64,000 nt of DNA from Candidatus Bathyarchaeota archaeon (GCA_963827165.1 CAWGZR010000005.1:906560-970559); one strand, 5' to 3'; positions 10,809 through 23,083 are shown, counted from the first letter of the stretch. Numbers and translations: made by a program. Notes: a model not told the origin generated them from the letters alone.

Positions 10809-11227
10809 GTTCTAACCTCGTAGCACCCTAACGTAATCTTCTTCACCCATTCTTGAAGATAACCTAAAAGATGCAAAGGTTTTGTCGACTCCGGGGGACT
10901 TAACCCTTGACAGCGAATTCTATTTAAAACTAATTACCTGAAAAATGCCCATTCACAGCTCAATATTAGCACGGATTGAATTAAGACTGCAACAAAAGAC
11001 TCAAACTTCCTTTTAGCCAACAAACTTCTCCATTCCAGAATACTCTTTTTCTTTTTACAGTTTATTAGTTGGCTTCGCTGAATAGGTATTTTGAGTTCAA
11101 ATTATAGGCTGCAATAAACAAGAACACGATTTCGAAGTAATTGAAACTGAAGAACCGCAAATTCAATTGCGAATTCAGCGTGAATTATGGAAACCGCTGT
11201 TTTATAATTCCAAGTCTATTGATGGGT

Positions 11228-11684
11228 TCAACGATTGAGAAGCAGATTTCTTCTGAGTGTACCTGTCAATATTGAGAACGCGATCAAAGCTGCTAGCAGC
11301 GAAAAACTGTAAATGGCTAAATGCTGAATAACTGAAACAGCCGCTATGGCTATAGGAACAGCACTTAGCAAGAGGTACACGAATGGGAATAGTTTGAGTG
11401 CTTTCCTGTTTATGTTTAGGTTGTCTATCGTATGTTTTTGTGAAGAATAATTCGGGCAGTTTTCCCATTCCAATCGTGCATGTCTTGCAGAAGAAGCAGG
11501 ATACGCAGCCTTTTTTGCCTAACTCGTAAAAAACCAGAAAACCCGCAAAAGCCAGAAAGATGATTGCGCCAAACGAAAAAATCAACCAGCAAGCAGCTGT
11601 TCCCAACAGTATCCACACTAATATTGCAAAGTTACCGAAAACTAACTCGGTTTTTGTGTATTCCCGTTTTTTTCTTTGACACAT
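11228..11684 (-). CDS. Small Cys-containing membrane protein (frameshift near 11430)
   Basis: TM-TM-CxxCxxCxxC-TM-TM layout, spread over two frames. Confidence 0.55.
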
Positions 11685-11689
11685 ATCCA

Positions 11690-12995
11690 ATTTCCTGTTG
11701 CCTGTTTTCTCTTCCACGATCTTTTTTGTGACTTTCAACGCTAAAGCTGCTGCCGTAAGCATAGTCGGCAAGCCTTGGGAACGCGGCATAAGTGAGAGGT
11801 CAGCAACCCACAGGTTTTTCGGCAGCCCAGCGGGATGCATAGTTTCTACATCGGTTTTTGTTAGCGGTACTGTGCCTCCGAGGTGGCCGCCATGAATCAT
11901 GCCGTCGACGAATGGACCAGTGACGCCTGAGGCTTCCATGATTTCTTTGGCTTTCATTTTGGCTTCGTCTAAACGTTCCTTATCAACTTCGGTAAGCGAC
12001 TTGGTGACAGTTCCATCCGCAGCGACAGAGCCTTGTTCGCTGTCTGCAAGTTTAATCATCATGCCTACTCGGTTCTCTGCTGGCACGTCTTTCCAGGGTT
12101 TATGGAACCAGTAGGACAATAGGTCAAAGTAGGGTGACAGGATGTAGTTTTCCTTCTTTGATAAACCACACCATAGGCGGCTCATTCAGCATCCGCGAAT
12201 TCTTGGAGATCCCTCCCACAGTCAAAACAACGTCTATCCAAAGATTGTCATGAACAGGCAGGTCGGATCCACGCAGAATTTGAGCGGTTCCAATCCCTCC
12301 CGCCGATAAAACGACTACGTCAGCGTCAAATCGCTCAAGCGAAGACCCATGCGAAACCAAAACTCCAACCGCAGACCCATTTTCCACAACCACCTTCTTA
12401 ACAGGCGATTCCTGTTTTCAAAGAGACGCCTTCGCCAAGATATTCCTTGTATAATTGACGGCTATCCCATTTTGCCCCTGTAACACATCCCAGCTCGCAG
12501 TAACCGCAGCCGACGCATTTCTTCAAATCAACAGCTTTCGGGGTAGGCTTGGGCTTATATCCCAGTTTTTCGGCTTCATCAAACATTTTTTGGCTCAGAG
12601 GACGCCATTTTTCTCTTGGGATAGGATTGATTGTTAAGTTTTTTTCTATTTCTTGGTATTCTGGCGTTAAGTCAAGTCCGATTTCTGCCAATCCGTTTTC
12701 AGCCCTGACCATGTTGCCGCAGGATATCGAGGTGCATCCGCCCTCTGTGACTCCATAGAAAATTGCGAGGTCTTCGCTTGAACGGGTGGTTTTGTAATGC
12801 GAAAATACATGTTTTAGTGAGCCTTCATCTTTAAGCAGCAGGGTGCCTCGAAGTGGGCTTAGCCACGTAATCCTGTGACTGAGTGGATTGAACCTTTGCC
12901 CAGCCTTCCAACATTAAAACTTCGAAACCTTTGCTTGCAAGCTCGCGAGCGGCTGTTGCTCCTCCCGCTCCTGTTCCAACTACAATTGCTTTCAT
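11690..12995 (-). CDS. FAD-dependent GMC-family oxidoreductase (several frameshifts)
   Basis: [16 protein letters not shown] Rossmann start at 12995, [35 protein letters not shown] and PTMLT motifs. Confidence 0.85.
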
Positions 12996-13612
12996 TCTTG
13001 ACGGCTCCTTTCTATTTTTGCGGTGCAGAACTTGCAGCCGCCTGTTATTCTTTGTTCAAACTTCATGTGCATGTTGGGGTTTAATCCGTTTACTACCCCT
13101 TCGTCAGTCGCACTTAAAACTTCGCAGGTTAACTCTGAATAGTTCCTCGCCAACGCGCAACGGTTAACAGTGAGTTTAGCTTGTTCTGGTCCTAGCCATT
13201 CAACTTTGAAGTTGATGCCTAAGACACGGTACATTATTCGGGCTGCCCTGACCAAATCGCCCTTGCTATCCCCTACGCCCAGCCTAACCCGATTTTGCCT
13301 TCCCAACTGCTCACCAACCTTAAACAAAGCTTCTCTTCCCACCTTTACCGCGGTCTCCCGCCCCAAAGCCTCCACCAACGCATCAACCATAATGGTGTGC
13401 TGCCTCGCCATAGCTGCCCTTTTCCCACATATGGCTCCGAGTGATTTTCCATCGTCGACCGCTACTCTGACTGAACTGATTGAAGCATGGGCAAAAAGCA
13501 CATCTTCAAGTGCCTTTGTGGTTGCAGCTGAGACCGCATCAAGTTGGCGGCTAATAATGAATTTCGGCGTCCACCACGACAAGAGCGCAAGTTTCAAACC
13601 CATCATAATCAC
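12992..13612 (-). CDS. V4R / ATC-hydrolase-like small-ligand-binding protein
   Basis: VNRCAL...CEVL..TDEG...ITGGCKFC Cys pattern. Overlaps its neighbours in the operon. Confidence 0.6.
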   Translation of the reverse strand: MIMMGLKLALLSWWTPKFIISRQLDAVSAATTKALEDVLFAHASISSVRVAVDDGKSLGAICGKRAAMARQHTIMVDALVEALGRETAVKVGREALFKVGEQLGRQNRVRLGVGDSKGDLVRAARIMYRVLGINFKVEWLGPEQAKLTVNRCALARNYSELTCEVLSATDEGVVNGLNPNMHMKFEQRITGGCKFCTAKIERSRQE

Positions 13613-16411
13613 TCCGGTTTGCCTGCTCCGCCTAAGTGGATGTCTCCTTGAGGAATTGTGCCTCCGTACAATGCATCGATGACGATCTGGTAACGTTGAC
13701 TCAAAACATTGTGTTTCAACTTAAGATTCGGGGTTAAGTCTCCAGCCTCTATGCTCAAAGTGTTGGCAAGCAACGCCCATTTTTTGATTTTTTCTGGGTT
13801 TGACAGTCGCTTATTCATTTCTTCTATGGCGCGGTCAATTGTCTCGCAGGTATTTTTCGTTCCAGCGGTCTTTTTGCACCCAAATCAAGGCGCTACAGTA
13901 AGGCTTAGATTCGCCTAAAAGCATCGCTTCTGCAACGCCGCTTATTTCCCGAATCATGTCTTCTATTTTGCATGAGTAAATGCATTTGCCATAGGAAGTT
14001 TTGATAAGTTCCTTTTTCCTGCCAAGGATAACTAGGCTTCCCTCAGGGGTGAGGTTTCCCATGTCTCCCGTCATTAACCATCCGTCCTTAAACGGAGGAT
14101 CAAGGGTTTTATCAAAATATCCGGCGGTGACTTGGGGTCCTTTAACTTTTATTTCGCCATCTTCACAGATCTGAACTTGGGTCTGCGGCAAGGGTTCTCC
14201 AACAGTGCCTAACCTGTTTTTGCCAACTCGATTAATGGTTACCAACGGAGCCTCAGTCAGGCCATAGGCGTTGTGAATTTCGATTCCTAAGTCTCGGAAG
14301 TTCTCAAGCAAATCTTCATCCGAACTCGCTGAACCCGCGATGAGCTGCGTACACTTGTCCAACCCAGCCCTCTTAAGCGTTGCATTCCTCACGAAACGAC
14401 TAATCAAATGCTTAAGCGGTCCTTTTCTGTGACTTAGATAAAATCTTCCCACGCTGCTGTTCCCCAGACCTTCCCAGATTTTTTCGTAAATCCGTGGAAC
14501 AGAGAAGAAGATTGTTGGTTTCACTTTGGGGATTGCATGTTGGAGTTTATGGAAGTCTTCCAGGAAACAAATTGTAAGAGGCGCGGGATAGTAGTAGGGT
14601 GAGTATGTGGCCAAAATCCCTTCAACTACGTGTCCCATTGGGAGAAATGACAGGTAAGTTCCTTTTCGGGTTCTGAATTTCCATGGCGTAATGGAAACAA
14701 TGGATTCAGCCATGAAGCGTAGATTGTCTTGCCTAAAGATTGCGCCTTTAGGTTTTCCCGTCGTGCCTGAGGAATACCGCAGCGTGGCTACGTCGCCGAA
14801 CCCAACGGGTGCATTTTGAGGCGGTGCATTTGATGAAGCTTTAGATAGGAAATCCTTCCAAGGAATCACTTTGCTGTTTTGAGGATTGGGACCTCGGCAA
14901 AAAGAAATTAACTGGGTATCAGCTGTCAATTCTCCCACTCTTTGCAGCAGGCTGGGCACGCCGATGAAGAAAAGTTTGCTTCCACTTGCCTTCAAAACTT
15001 GGTCTATGTCAGATGGAGGAGTAGTGTAGTACAGGGGGACGCTTATGGCGCCTACTAGACCGATAGCTACGTCTACGGCGAGATAATTTGTAGAGTTAAG
15101 GCCTGTTATAGCTATGCGGTCACTAACTGAGACATCCATAGCTCGCAGCGCAGCGGCGGCGGACAAAATTTCTTCTCGCATTTGAGCAGCAGTTTTCTCA
15201 ACAAGCCTGTCCTCGATAATGTCGTAGTAGGTTACTGGCAGGCTTTTGCTCTCCAGCCTGTACAGCACCTGCTCATGCACAGTGCGTTCTGAACGGTGAA
15301 GAAATCCATGGTAAACGGCGTATTCGAGAAGCCGAGGCAAAACCTTCTGCCAATTCAACTCGTAAGTTCCAAGCAACTCATCCATGTTGCTTCGTTGGAA
15401 CAGGCGGTTCTCGCTAAAATACGGCGCCAACGAAATCAATGCATCCGCTGTTTTGCGGTCACTTAGCCCGATTACCTCTTGTAAGTGCACCAAGTTTTTC
15501 ATTGACGATACAGACATGCCAACCGTAAAGAACCTCGGCAGCTTAACACCCAAATTTGTCTCTGCCCATTTCTCAACGAACCTAAGCATTTCTCCAAGTT
15601 TAGGCAGGGATTCGCCGGGGGCGACAAGGTGAAAGTTAAGTCCTTTAGCTTTCGGATGGAAGGTGAGTTTAACCACTGAGGCGGCAACGTAGTCTACGGG
15701 GACGATATTGATTTTTAAGTTTCGGCTGACTGGGAGGATTCGAAGTTTACCCGTCAGGTAAAGCCGCAGGGGAAAGTAGATTGTGTTGAATGTTTTGATG
15801 GCTCCCGTTTGAGAATCGCCCACAACCATGGCCGGTCGAAAAACTGAGATTGGGAGCTCTTTTTTTGCTTCTTGTACAAGCAGTTCCCCTTCGTATTTGC
15901 TCTGCTCGTAAGCTGTGAAAAAACCAAATTTGTCTGTTAACGCGTCTTCGCGTACCGTTCCCGTTCTTCCGCCTGCCACGTACGCGGTGGAAATGTGGGA
16001 AAATCGCATAAGCCCATGATCCACATTTGCTTTTCTTGCAAGCTCAAGGACATTTTGGGTTCCTTGAACGTTTGTTTTTCTTAGCTCTTCGAGCGAAACA
16101 AGACGCCAGTCAGCAGCTGTATGAATGATATGGGTTATTCGTTTGGCTAAATCGCTGTAGGCTTTCTCATTTAACCCTAAATTACGCTGACAAACGTCGC
16201 CGCAGACCACTTCAACTTTGCCTTTTAACGCTCCGATAAGTTCAGGCCAGTCCCACCACTCTCTCGCCAGTCTGCGTTCCGAATTATCGGCGTCGGCTGC
16301 TCTGACTAAAGCGAGAACGGTGACATCGTCATCTAGGAGTTTGCGGGCTATTTGCGTGCCGATAAAACCCGTTGCGCCAGTTAACAAAACCGTTGTTTTC
16401 AATGCAGCCAC
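13609..16411 (-). CDS. Fusion of extended SDR (fatty-acyl/thioester reductase-like) and long-chain acyl-CoA synthetase-like adenylation domain (frameshift near 13840)
   Basis: N-terminal TGATGFIG, HISTAYV, YEQSKYEGE; C-terminal YSSGTTGKPKG, YGLTE, TGD, LTPNLKLK. Confidence 0.88.
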
Positions 16412-17673
16412 TCCGGATGATTCTTTTCCAAAAACTCTTTGAGAAGCAACGGATTGAGTTTTTCTTTTTCTCTATACGCTTCATAGCCTTCCCGCAATTT
16501 TGCCTTCATAGATTTGGTTTCAGAAAAAAGTTTTGAAACATTATCGCTCAAAAGTTTGTATCTGTCTGGGTCTTCGTGGTCCACAAATAAATCGCTGATT
16601 CCTAAGTCGCCATAAAAGTCTTTTATTCTTAAGTCGTGACCGATCGCTGTCTGTGGAACTTGATTAGCTAAGGAAAGGACCCCTGCGTGATAACGTGAGG
16701 TAACCAAAGCATCTAAACTCCGCAGTATGCTTGTCATCTGGGAAGCGTTATACTGTGACGAAGTGAAAACCTTAGTTCTATCTGCATGCTTCATCAGGCT
16801 TTGAACTTTGTTAGCGAAGGTTGCGTCGAGGCCTTCCATGCTGAGCAAAGCAACAGATTTATCATAATCCTCAATAATTTCATCAGCTTGCACAGCTAAA
16901 ACGTCGGCAAGCAACTCGCTCTTATTGCAGCTCGACTTTGAATGCGTGTAATAGTAGGGCCATCGGTAACAGTATTTTCTTGGACCCCACGGGCGAACAA
17001 CAACAGGCCATTTATAGATGTCTTCCGCGGCTACACCCACAACATGCGACTCTTCAGGCCAAATACGCTTCAATGTACCCTCGTCTTCAGGGTTAGGATT
17101 AAAAGCAAACGCGTTGTCCGCCGTCACTTCGATTGGCGCGGTTACTTTCCATTTTTTAAGGCGTTCAGCGGCTTTTTGGGTTCGCGCTAATATAAGGTTG
17201 GTTTTGCTGGCTTCTCTGTGTATTAGCCAGCTATTGAACCGTGAAGCTTCGCCAGCATCCACTGAATAAGCCACGCAGGGTTTTCTCATTGAATGGGCGT
17301 TTCTTGTGGCCAACAAATAATACCACAGCAATGCAGAACCCCATGTGTCCATGTAGCAGCTTCCCTCAACGATCAAAACGAAATCGGTTTTTTTCACGAA
17401 CTTTCGGATATCCCAAAAGAAAACAGATGGTCTGACGGGTTCGATTTGAAGGGTTGGGGTTTCTTTGAGGTACCTGCGCAAATTATCTTCATTCAAGGAC
17501 GGCACAAGGAGTTTGGCTTCCGGACCCATAACTGAGCGTACTTCATCGATTATACTGAGGAGCTTTGCTTCAGCTCCCGTGTTGTTTGCCCCGTTGTAGC
17601 CAACGAGCAAAATCCTTGGCTTCACATCTAACACCCATACTCTTTGGCTTTTTGCGCCAGGTTCCTGGCCCAA
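16399..17673 (-). CDS. Polysaccharide pyruvyl transferase family protein
   Basis: GYNGANNTGAEA, VTADNAF and VTSRYHAGV motifs. Confidence 0.8.
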   Translation of the reverse strand: MGQEPGAKSQRVWVLDVKPRILLVGYNGANNTGAEAKLLSIIDEVRSVMGPEAKLLVPSLNEDNLRRYLKETPTLQIEPVRPSVFFWDIRKFVKKTDFVLIVEGSCYMDTWGSALLWYYLLATRNAHSMRKPCVAYSVDAGEASRFNSWLIHREASKTNLILARTQKAAERLKKWKVTAPIEVTADNAFAFNPNPEDEGTLKRIWPEESHVVGVAAEDIYKWPVVVRPWGPRKYCYRWPYYYTHSKSSCNKSELLADVLAVQADEIIEDYDKSVALLSMEGLDATFANKVQSLMKHADRTKVFTSSQYNASQMTSILRSLDALVTSRYHAGVLSLANQVPQTAIGHDLRIKDFYGDLGISDLFVDHEDPDRYKLLSDNVSKLFSETKSMKAKLREGYEAYREKEKLNPLLLKEFLEKNHPEWLH

Positions 17674-18194
17674 CTTCGAATTTCATCCCAATTGCGAAGA
17701 TCATTAACGCCGGGCTCAACTTCTTTGAACCCGCCATTTTGAAGCTGCGACTTATAACCTACTTCCATAACTTTCCGCGTAAGAAAGCTCATTCTGTTAT
17801 AATCTAAGACTCCGCCGAAGAACCCAATCGAAATAGGGCTCAAATGATATTTTAAGATTTTGTCCTCCAAGCCAACTCTCTGAGTTCTAGCGACCGCACC
17901 AGTTTTTCTCGCTTTCTTCTCAATTGGTTTCAAGGACGAAATAAACAGGGCTACCCTCTTGTTTTCAAGATCTTTCTGGAATTTTTTCACAAAATCTGCT
18001 TGGCCGACCCAATTCTCCATCGCCATGCCGCTTCCGACAACGACCAACTCGTAGTCGGCGATATCCTTTACGTTTTTATCTTTCGCATTCACAATTTTCA
18101 CTTTGGCGCCCTCTTCTTGAAGAATTATAGCGATTTCATCGGCTGTTCTTTTTGTTGCGCCATAGCGTGTAGCGTAAATGATCAACGCGTTCAA
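17628..18194 (-). CDS. Flavodoxin-domain protein (HemG-like)
   Basis: IIYATRYGATK FMN loop, FFGGVLD, DLRNWDEIRSWA. Confidence 0.85.
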   Translation of the reverse strand: MNALIIYATRYGATKRTADEIAIILQEEGAKVKIVNAKDKNVKDIADYELVVVGSGMAMENWVGQADFVKKFQKDLENKRVALFISSLKPIEKKARKTGAVARTQRVGLEDKILKYHLSPISIGFFGGVLDYNRMSFLTRKVMEVGYKSQLQNGGFKEVEPGVNDLRNWDEIRSWARNLAQKAKEYGC

Positions 18195-18418
18195 GGTTTT
18201 TCCTCCGAAGTGCCAATTTCGTTTTTTCTAACGTTTAGCCTCAGAACCCCGCAATCGCCTTTTATTTCGAGTATCTCTGGTTCAACAAATGAAGCGTTTA
18301 GCAGTTTTCCCAGAGTGCCTTCTATTAGGATACCGCCGTTCGATGAGAACCGTGTGAGATTTTTGCTGGAAATTAATTCCACCGAGAAGTCCCGTCCACC
18401 TTTATCTATTGCAGTCAT
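18191..18418 (-). CDS. Small hypothetical protein
   Basis: 75 aa; overlaps the flavodoxin start by 4 bp. Confidence 0.6.
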   Translation of the reverse strand: MTAIDKGGRDFSVELISSKNLTRFSSNGGILIEGTLGKLLNASFVEPEILEIKGDCGVLRLNVRKNEIGTSEEKP

Positions 18419-18772
18419 TCTTTTACCGAATCCTAATGTGGTAAAATGTGGAGATAAAATTTATTTGTCATTAACACGAATTAATTAGCATTGAACCAAA
18501 ATAATTCGCATCAATTATTTGTTAAATGTTAGCTATACTGGGGATAATGAAGTGCGCGTGAATGCTAAAGGCACTGGGGCTTAATTGGAAGCAAGTATAT
18601 CCAAAGAATCGTCGTCGCACTCGTGATTAACGAAAAAGAAGCTACTGTATTTTTCCGTGGGGATAATGGGTCTGAGCATTTCTATTTGAATCCGATAAAA
18701 ATAAGAACCTGACTACCAATAAATTAAGTGCGTATTATTCAATCGCTGAAATTCTGCAGAGGTGATTTTGAA

Positions 18773-19102
18773 TTGAAGAAATTTATGGTTTTATACATGG
18801 CGCCGGTATCCGCCGAAGTGCAAATGAACGTGAGTCCTGAAGAGATGAAGAAAGGAATGGAGCCATGGAATGTATGGTACAAGAAATGTGAGAAAGCCAT
18901 CGTTGATTTTGGAGCGCCGTTAGGTAAAGGCACGTGTTTTAGCAAAAAAGGAAGTTCGAAAGGACCGACAGAAGTAACTGGGTACAGTATTATTCAGGCC
19001 AAAGACATGGATGCCGTAAAAGCAATTGTTGCCGATCACCCACATTTAATGATGCCTAAAGCAAGCATAGAAGTCCTAGAAATAATGCCGATGACAATGT
19101 AG
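18773..19102 (+). CDS. YciI/DGPF-like protein
   Basis: MKKFMVLY...GAPL...VTGYSIIQAKDMDAV...HP..IEV; GAGGTGA RBS. Confidence 0.7.
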   Translation: MKKFMVLYMAPVSAEVQMNVSPEEMKKGMEPWNVWYKKCEKAIVDFGAPLGKGTCFSKKGSSKGPTEVTGYSIIQAKDMDAVKAIVADHPHLMMPKASIEVLEIMPMTM

Positions 19103-19416
19103 AAAAAAACCGAAAAACAACATTTAACTTTTTTCTCTCTTCAAGGCAAGAAAGCATAAGAAAATATTTCAGCGGAAAAAAACGACGCGTCCTTTGAGTC
19201 CGCCTGATGTATGAAAACCCGCAGCAACTAATCAAGCAAAGTTCTTTTCGGTTATTGCGGTTTTCTCAATTGCAGTCGTGATAGCGCTTTAGCAATTGCC
19301 TGGACCCAAAGAAAACAGAGAAATGCAAAGCCTTTGCAACATTTTTGTGACTTCAAATCGACAATCACACATTATTAATAACTTGGTGGAGTTTTTTTAG
19401 GGTTGGATGTGATTTT

Positions 19417-20049
19417 TTGTCTGGGTCACTCGAAATAGTGTTTTCGTTGCATAAAGCGTTTCGCCGCGATGCTTTTCAAATTGATAGTACCGCTTTCAAA
19501 ATAGCCCGCGACGGCGGGGATTTAACTTTGGTTTTGGATAGGCTTCGGTTGATGGGTGAGATTTTGGATTATCATGCCAAGGGTGAGGAGGCGGCGGTTT
19601 TTCCAGCAGTTGACAATGTGGCGCCTCTTGTAGCACAATCTTATTTGTTTGACCATCGAGAACTCGATATCATGGTTAATGGATTGGAAGCAATGAGAAA
19701 GGCACTTGACCCACTTACCGTGGCACGGGCGACGGCAGTTCTGAATTCGCATTTACGGATTCATTTAGATAAGGAAGACGCTTATCTTTACCCGATTCTC
19801 AAAGAGCGAACAACCGAATCTGAACAATCCTCCATTGTCAGCGTAATGTCACAAAAAGTGCCCTCCGACAAATTCCCCACCCTAGTTAAATGGCTTTTTC
19901 CCTTGCTTGACTTCCAAGATCAAGTCGCAGTTACAAAAGGTTGGATGACAAGGATGCCTCCGCAGGTTTTTGCGAACCTCAAGCCATTAATAAAAAAGAG
20001 CGTTCCCGAGAACTGGGTCGAATTAACTCGACAAATCCCGGGCCTATAA
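19417..20049 (+). CDS. Hemerythrin-domain protein
   Basis: H..FRR, HAKGEE..VFP, DHREL and HLDKED..LYP motifs. Confidence 0.85.
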   Translation: MSGSLEIVFSLHKAFRRDAFQIDSTAFKIARDGGDLTLVLDRLRLMGEILDYHAKGEEAAVFPAVDNVAPLVAQSYLFDHRELDIMVNGLEAMRKALDPLTVARATAVLNSHLRIHLDKEDAYLYPILKERTTESEQSSIVSVMSQKVPSDKFPTLVKWLFPLLDFQDQVAVTKGWMTRMPPQVFANLKPLIKKSVPENWVELTRQIPGL

Positions 20050-20478
20050 GACAACCAAATTCAGCCGAGTTACCATTTCTCTCAATGTTAGCTGAACTAT
20101 ACAATAGACTGCTCATTTCCATCATAATTGTAATTTAAATTCACTATTAGAAAACGGCCAAAAAATAATTTATAATTTAGAAAACCCTTTTTTAACCAAA
20201 TAAAACAAAATTCAATCGTTTTAATTCGCTTTTTGAGGAACTGCTTAAAGCGTGTGCTTTCTTAATTCAAGTTTTTTTGAGAGGCGGCTAAAGTTAGCAG
20301 ATCAGTGCTTAATAACTTGCAAAAACATAAAATAATTTCTTCGTAATTACCAATTTTGCATTTTTTGTTGTTTGACTATTTTAGAGAAAGCGCTAACTTT
20401 GACAAATCCTAAATACTACTAGTTACAAACGCTTAAACCGCTCAAGATAAAAATCTTGAGAATAAGGAGAAACTAAAA

Positions 20479-23061
20479 ATGCAAACAAAAAATCGTTTGT
20501 TAGCTTTAGTTCTTATGATAGTTTTAACAGCCCCAATGATAATGATGATAGAACAAGCATCTGCACAAACAACATCAACTGCGAACCTGCCAACCTTTCT
20601 TTACGTCAATGCGTCGCCTAGCCCCGTCGGCGTCGGACAAACAGTGTACATAACGCTCTTCTTTACAAAACCAGTACCAACACTTACCGGCGGTTACTCC
20701 ATGGGACAAGATTTCCTAGGCCTTAAAGTCAACATAATTAAGCCAGACGGAACCAACCAGACGCTCGGGCCATACGAATCGGACACTACTGGAGGTGTGC
20801 CAGCAATTGACTTCACCCCCCAAACAGCAGGAAACTACACCTTCCAAGGAATATATCCAGGACAAAAACTAGGAACTTCGGCTGGCGTAACCTTCTACAT
20901 GAATTCCGCAATGAGCCCTGCAGTGACAATAACCGTACAAGAAACTCCAGTATCATACTGGCCTAGCACTCCTCTACCAACAGCCTACTGGACAACACCC
21001 ATATACGCATCAAACTATTGGTGGGCGCAAGCGGTCGGCGGAAACTGGTACGGTTTAGGAAGACCAGGATTCGACAACACAGGCGGATACGATGGTTCAA
21101 ACAACAACTTCCAACCCTACAGCACAGCACCAACAACAGCACACATAGTCTGGACGAAACTAATCACAACCGGGGGCCAACCCGGCGGCGAAACCCCTGC
21201 AAACGAAATGAGTTCATTCGCAGCGAACTCACCACTCTACCACACCTTTGAACCTATAATTCTGAACGGAATTCTTTTCTACAGTTGGTATCCCGCACAA
21301 ACCGACTATGCAGGCATCGTTGCAGTTGATCTCTTCACCGGACAAACATTGTGGGTAAAAAATACTACCGACACATTGGTATACGGTCAAGTGTTAACAT
21401 TCCACACAGTCGAAGAATTCGGCTCTCAAGCATTCTTGTGGGTGTACAATCCTACAACTGGAAACTATGACATATTAGACCCAGTCACAGGAAACTATAT
21501 GGCATCGGTAACAAGCATACCAAGTACCATAGCAGGACTATTTTCAACATCAACAACCGCACTAATAGACAGCAACGAACCCTGCTGCGCAGGATCAATA
21601 CTAATCTACTACACAACAACAGATTCCAAAGGCAATAACTACCTGAACATGTGGAATTCATCACTATGTCTTGCTGGTCCAGGAGCAGTTGGTCCTAATG
21701 CGGAATTTATGACAGGTGACTTTAAGCCTTCGGGAAACTACAACTGGACAGTAGGCATCGAATGGAAAGTGGCTGTTCCGGCAGCAAATCCTAGCTTTGG
21801 CATAACTTCAGAAACCAACCAGGGAATACTTATGACCTCACAGCCAAAAAGTGTTTTTGCTAGCTCTTTCGGAGAAATGTTCTCACAGTGGAGTGGATCA
21901 TATGAAACAGATATGGCTTTTAATCCAATCACTGGCGCAGTTCTTTTCGGACCGACAAACCAGACACTAACAATGAACCATGATTACGCCATACTGGCAT
22001 GCGGCGATGGCGTGTATGTGAGTCAAGACAAAGATACGGATCAAGCATATGGTTACTCGCTGACAACTGGCACGAAGCTTTGGGGACCAACACAACTGAT
22101 AGGCAATGGACTCAGCACAATCTACTCAGGAGGAGCTATCGCATATGGTCAATGCTACATCTGGGACATCGGAGGCTACGTAAACGCTCTCAACCTTACA
22201 ACTGGAAAACTCGATTGGACATGGACTAGAGGAAGTGCAGGTTACAACACTCCCTACGGAGTATATCCGAATTGGGTCTTTGGCACACAAAGCATCGCTG
22301 ATGGAATGCTATTCCTGTCTGAAGGACGCTGCTACGATCCACCGCTGTTTCCAGGAGGAGAAAAAGTCGCTATAGACTGCACGACCGGCAAAGAAGTCTG
22401 GGAAATAAACGGCGCTTTCCAAAGAGACCCATGTCCCATTGCTGACAGTGAACAATTAGGATGGAATGGCTACGACGGACAAATATACGCTTTCGGCCAG
22501 GGACCTAGCCAGACAACTATTACAGCACCTAACGTCGGCGTCACAACCGCTACTCCAATAACTATCTCAGGGCGAGTCACTGATATTTCCTCGGGCTCAG
22601 ACCAAGTTGCTGTTGCAAAGAACTTTCCCAACGGATTACCATGCGTTTCCGACGCAAGCATGACACAGTTCATGGAAGCAGTTTACGAACAACAGCCAAT
22701 GCCAACCAATACAACGGGAGTACAAGTTGCAATCTTGGTCACAGACTCTAACCACAACACTAGAACAATCGCTACAACGACGACAAACGCTATGGGTGAC
22801 TACGGTATTTCGTGGACACCGGACATTGCAGGCAACTTCACTGTTACCGCTGTCTTTGCAGGAACACAATCATACTATGGATCGTCAGCTATGACATACT
22901 TCTACGCTAACTCACCAGTTGCAACGCAACCAGCAACATCAACGCCAATTAGCAATCTTCCAACTCAAAGCGCTCTCGAATATGGAGTTGTGGCAATAAT
23001 CATCGTGATAGTCATAATCGGCGCGGTACTTGCATTGCTCGTCACAAGAAAACGACCATAA
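20479..23061 (+). CDS. Secreted membrane-anchored PQQ-type beta-propeller surface protein (paralog 1)
   Basis: Signal peptide, PSPVGVGQ, PLPTAYW, repeated TG..LW blades, WTPDIAGN, C-terminal TM plus RKRP. Confidence 0.88.
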   Translation: MQTKNRLLALVLMIVLTAPMIMMIEQASAQTTSTANLPTFLYVNASPSPVGVGQTVYITLFFTKPVPTLTGGYSMGQDFLGLKVNIIKPDGTNQTLGPYESDTTGGVPAIDFTPQTAGNYTFQGIYPGQKLGTSAGVTFYMNSAMSPAVTITVQETPVSYWPSTPLPTAYWTTPIYASNYWWAQAVGGNWYGLGRPGFDNTGGYDGSNNNFQPYSTAPTTAHIVWTKLITTGGQPGGETPANEMSSFAANSPLYHTFEPIILNGILFYSWYPAQTDYAGIVAVDLFTGQTLWVKNTTDTLVYGQVLTFHTVEEFGSQAFLWVYNPTTGNYDILDPVTGNYMASVTSIPSTIAGLFSTSTTALIDSNEPCCAGSILIYYTTTDSKGNNYLNMWNSSLCLAGPGAVGPNAEFMTGDFKPSGNYNWTVGIEWKVAVPAANPSFGITSETNQGILMTSQPKSVFASSFGEMFSQWSGSYETDMAFNPITGAVLFGPTNQTLTMNHDYAILACGDGVYVSQDKDTDQAYGYSLTTGTKLWGPTQLIGNGLSTIYSGGAIAYGQCYIWDIGGYVNALNLTTGKLDWTWTRGSAGYNTPYGVYPNWVFGTQSIADGMLFLSEGRCYDPPLFPGGEKVAIDCTTGKEVWEINGAFQRDPCPIADSEQLGWNGYDGQIYAFGQGPSQTTITAPNVGVTTATPITISGRVTDISSGSDQVAVAKNFPNGLPCVSDASMTQFMEAVYEQQPMPTNTTGVQVAILVTDSNHNTRTIATTTTNAMGDYGISWTPDIAGNFTVTAVFAGTQSYYGSSAMTYFYANSPVATQPATSTPISNLPTQSALEYGVVAIIIVIVIIGAVLALLVTRKRP

Positions 23062-23083
23062 ATTCAAGAAAAAGCAACAAAAA

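Noticed and set aside
11202-12185. 327-aa GMC-membrane fusion ORF
   Set aside because: Probably two genes joined by an indel near 11690. Both ends of the ORF are out-of-frame sequence.
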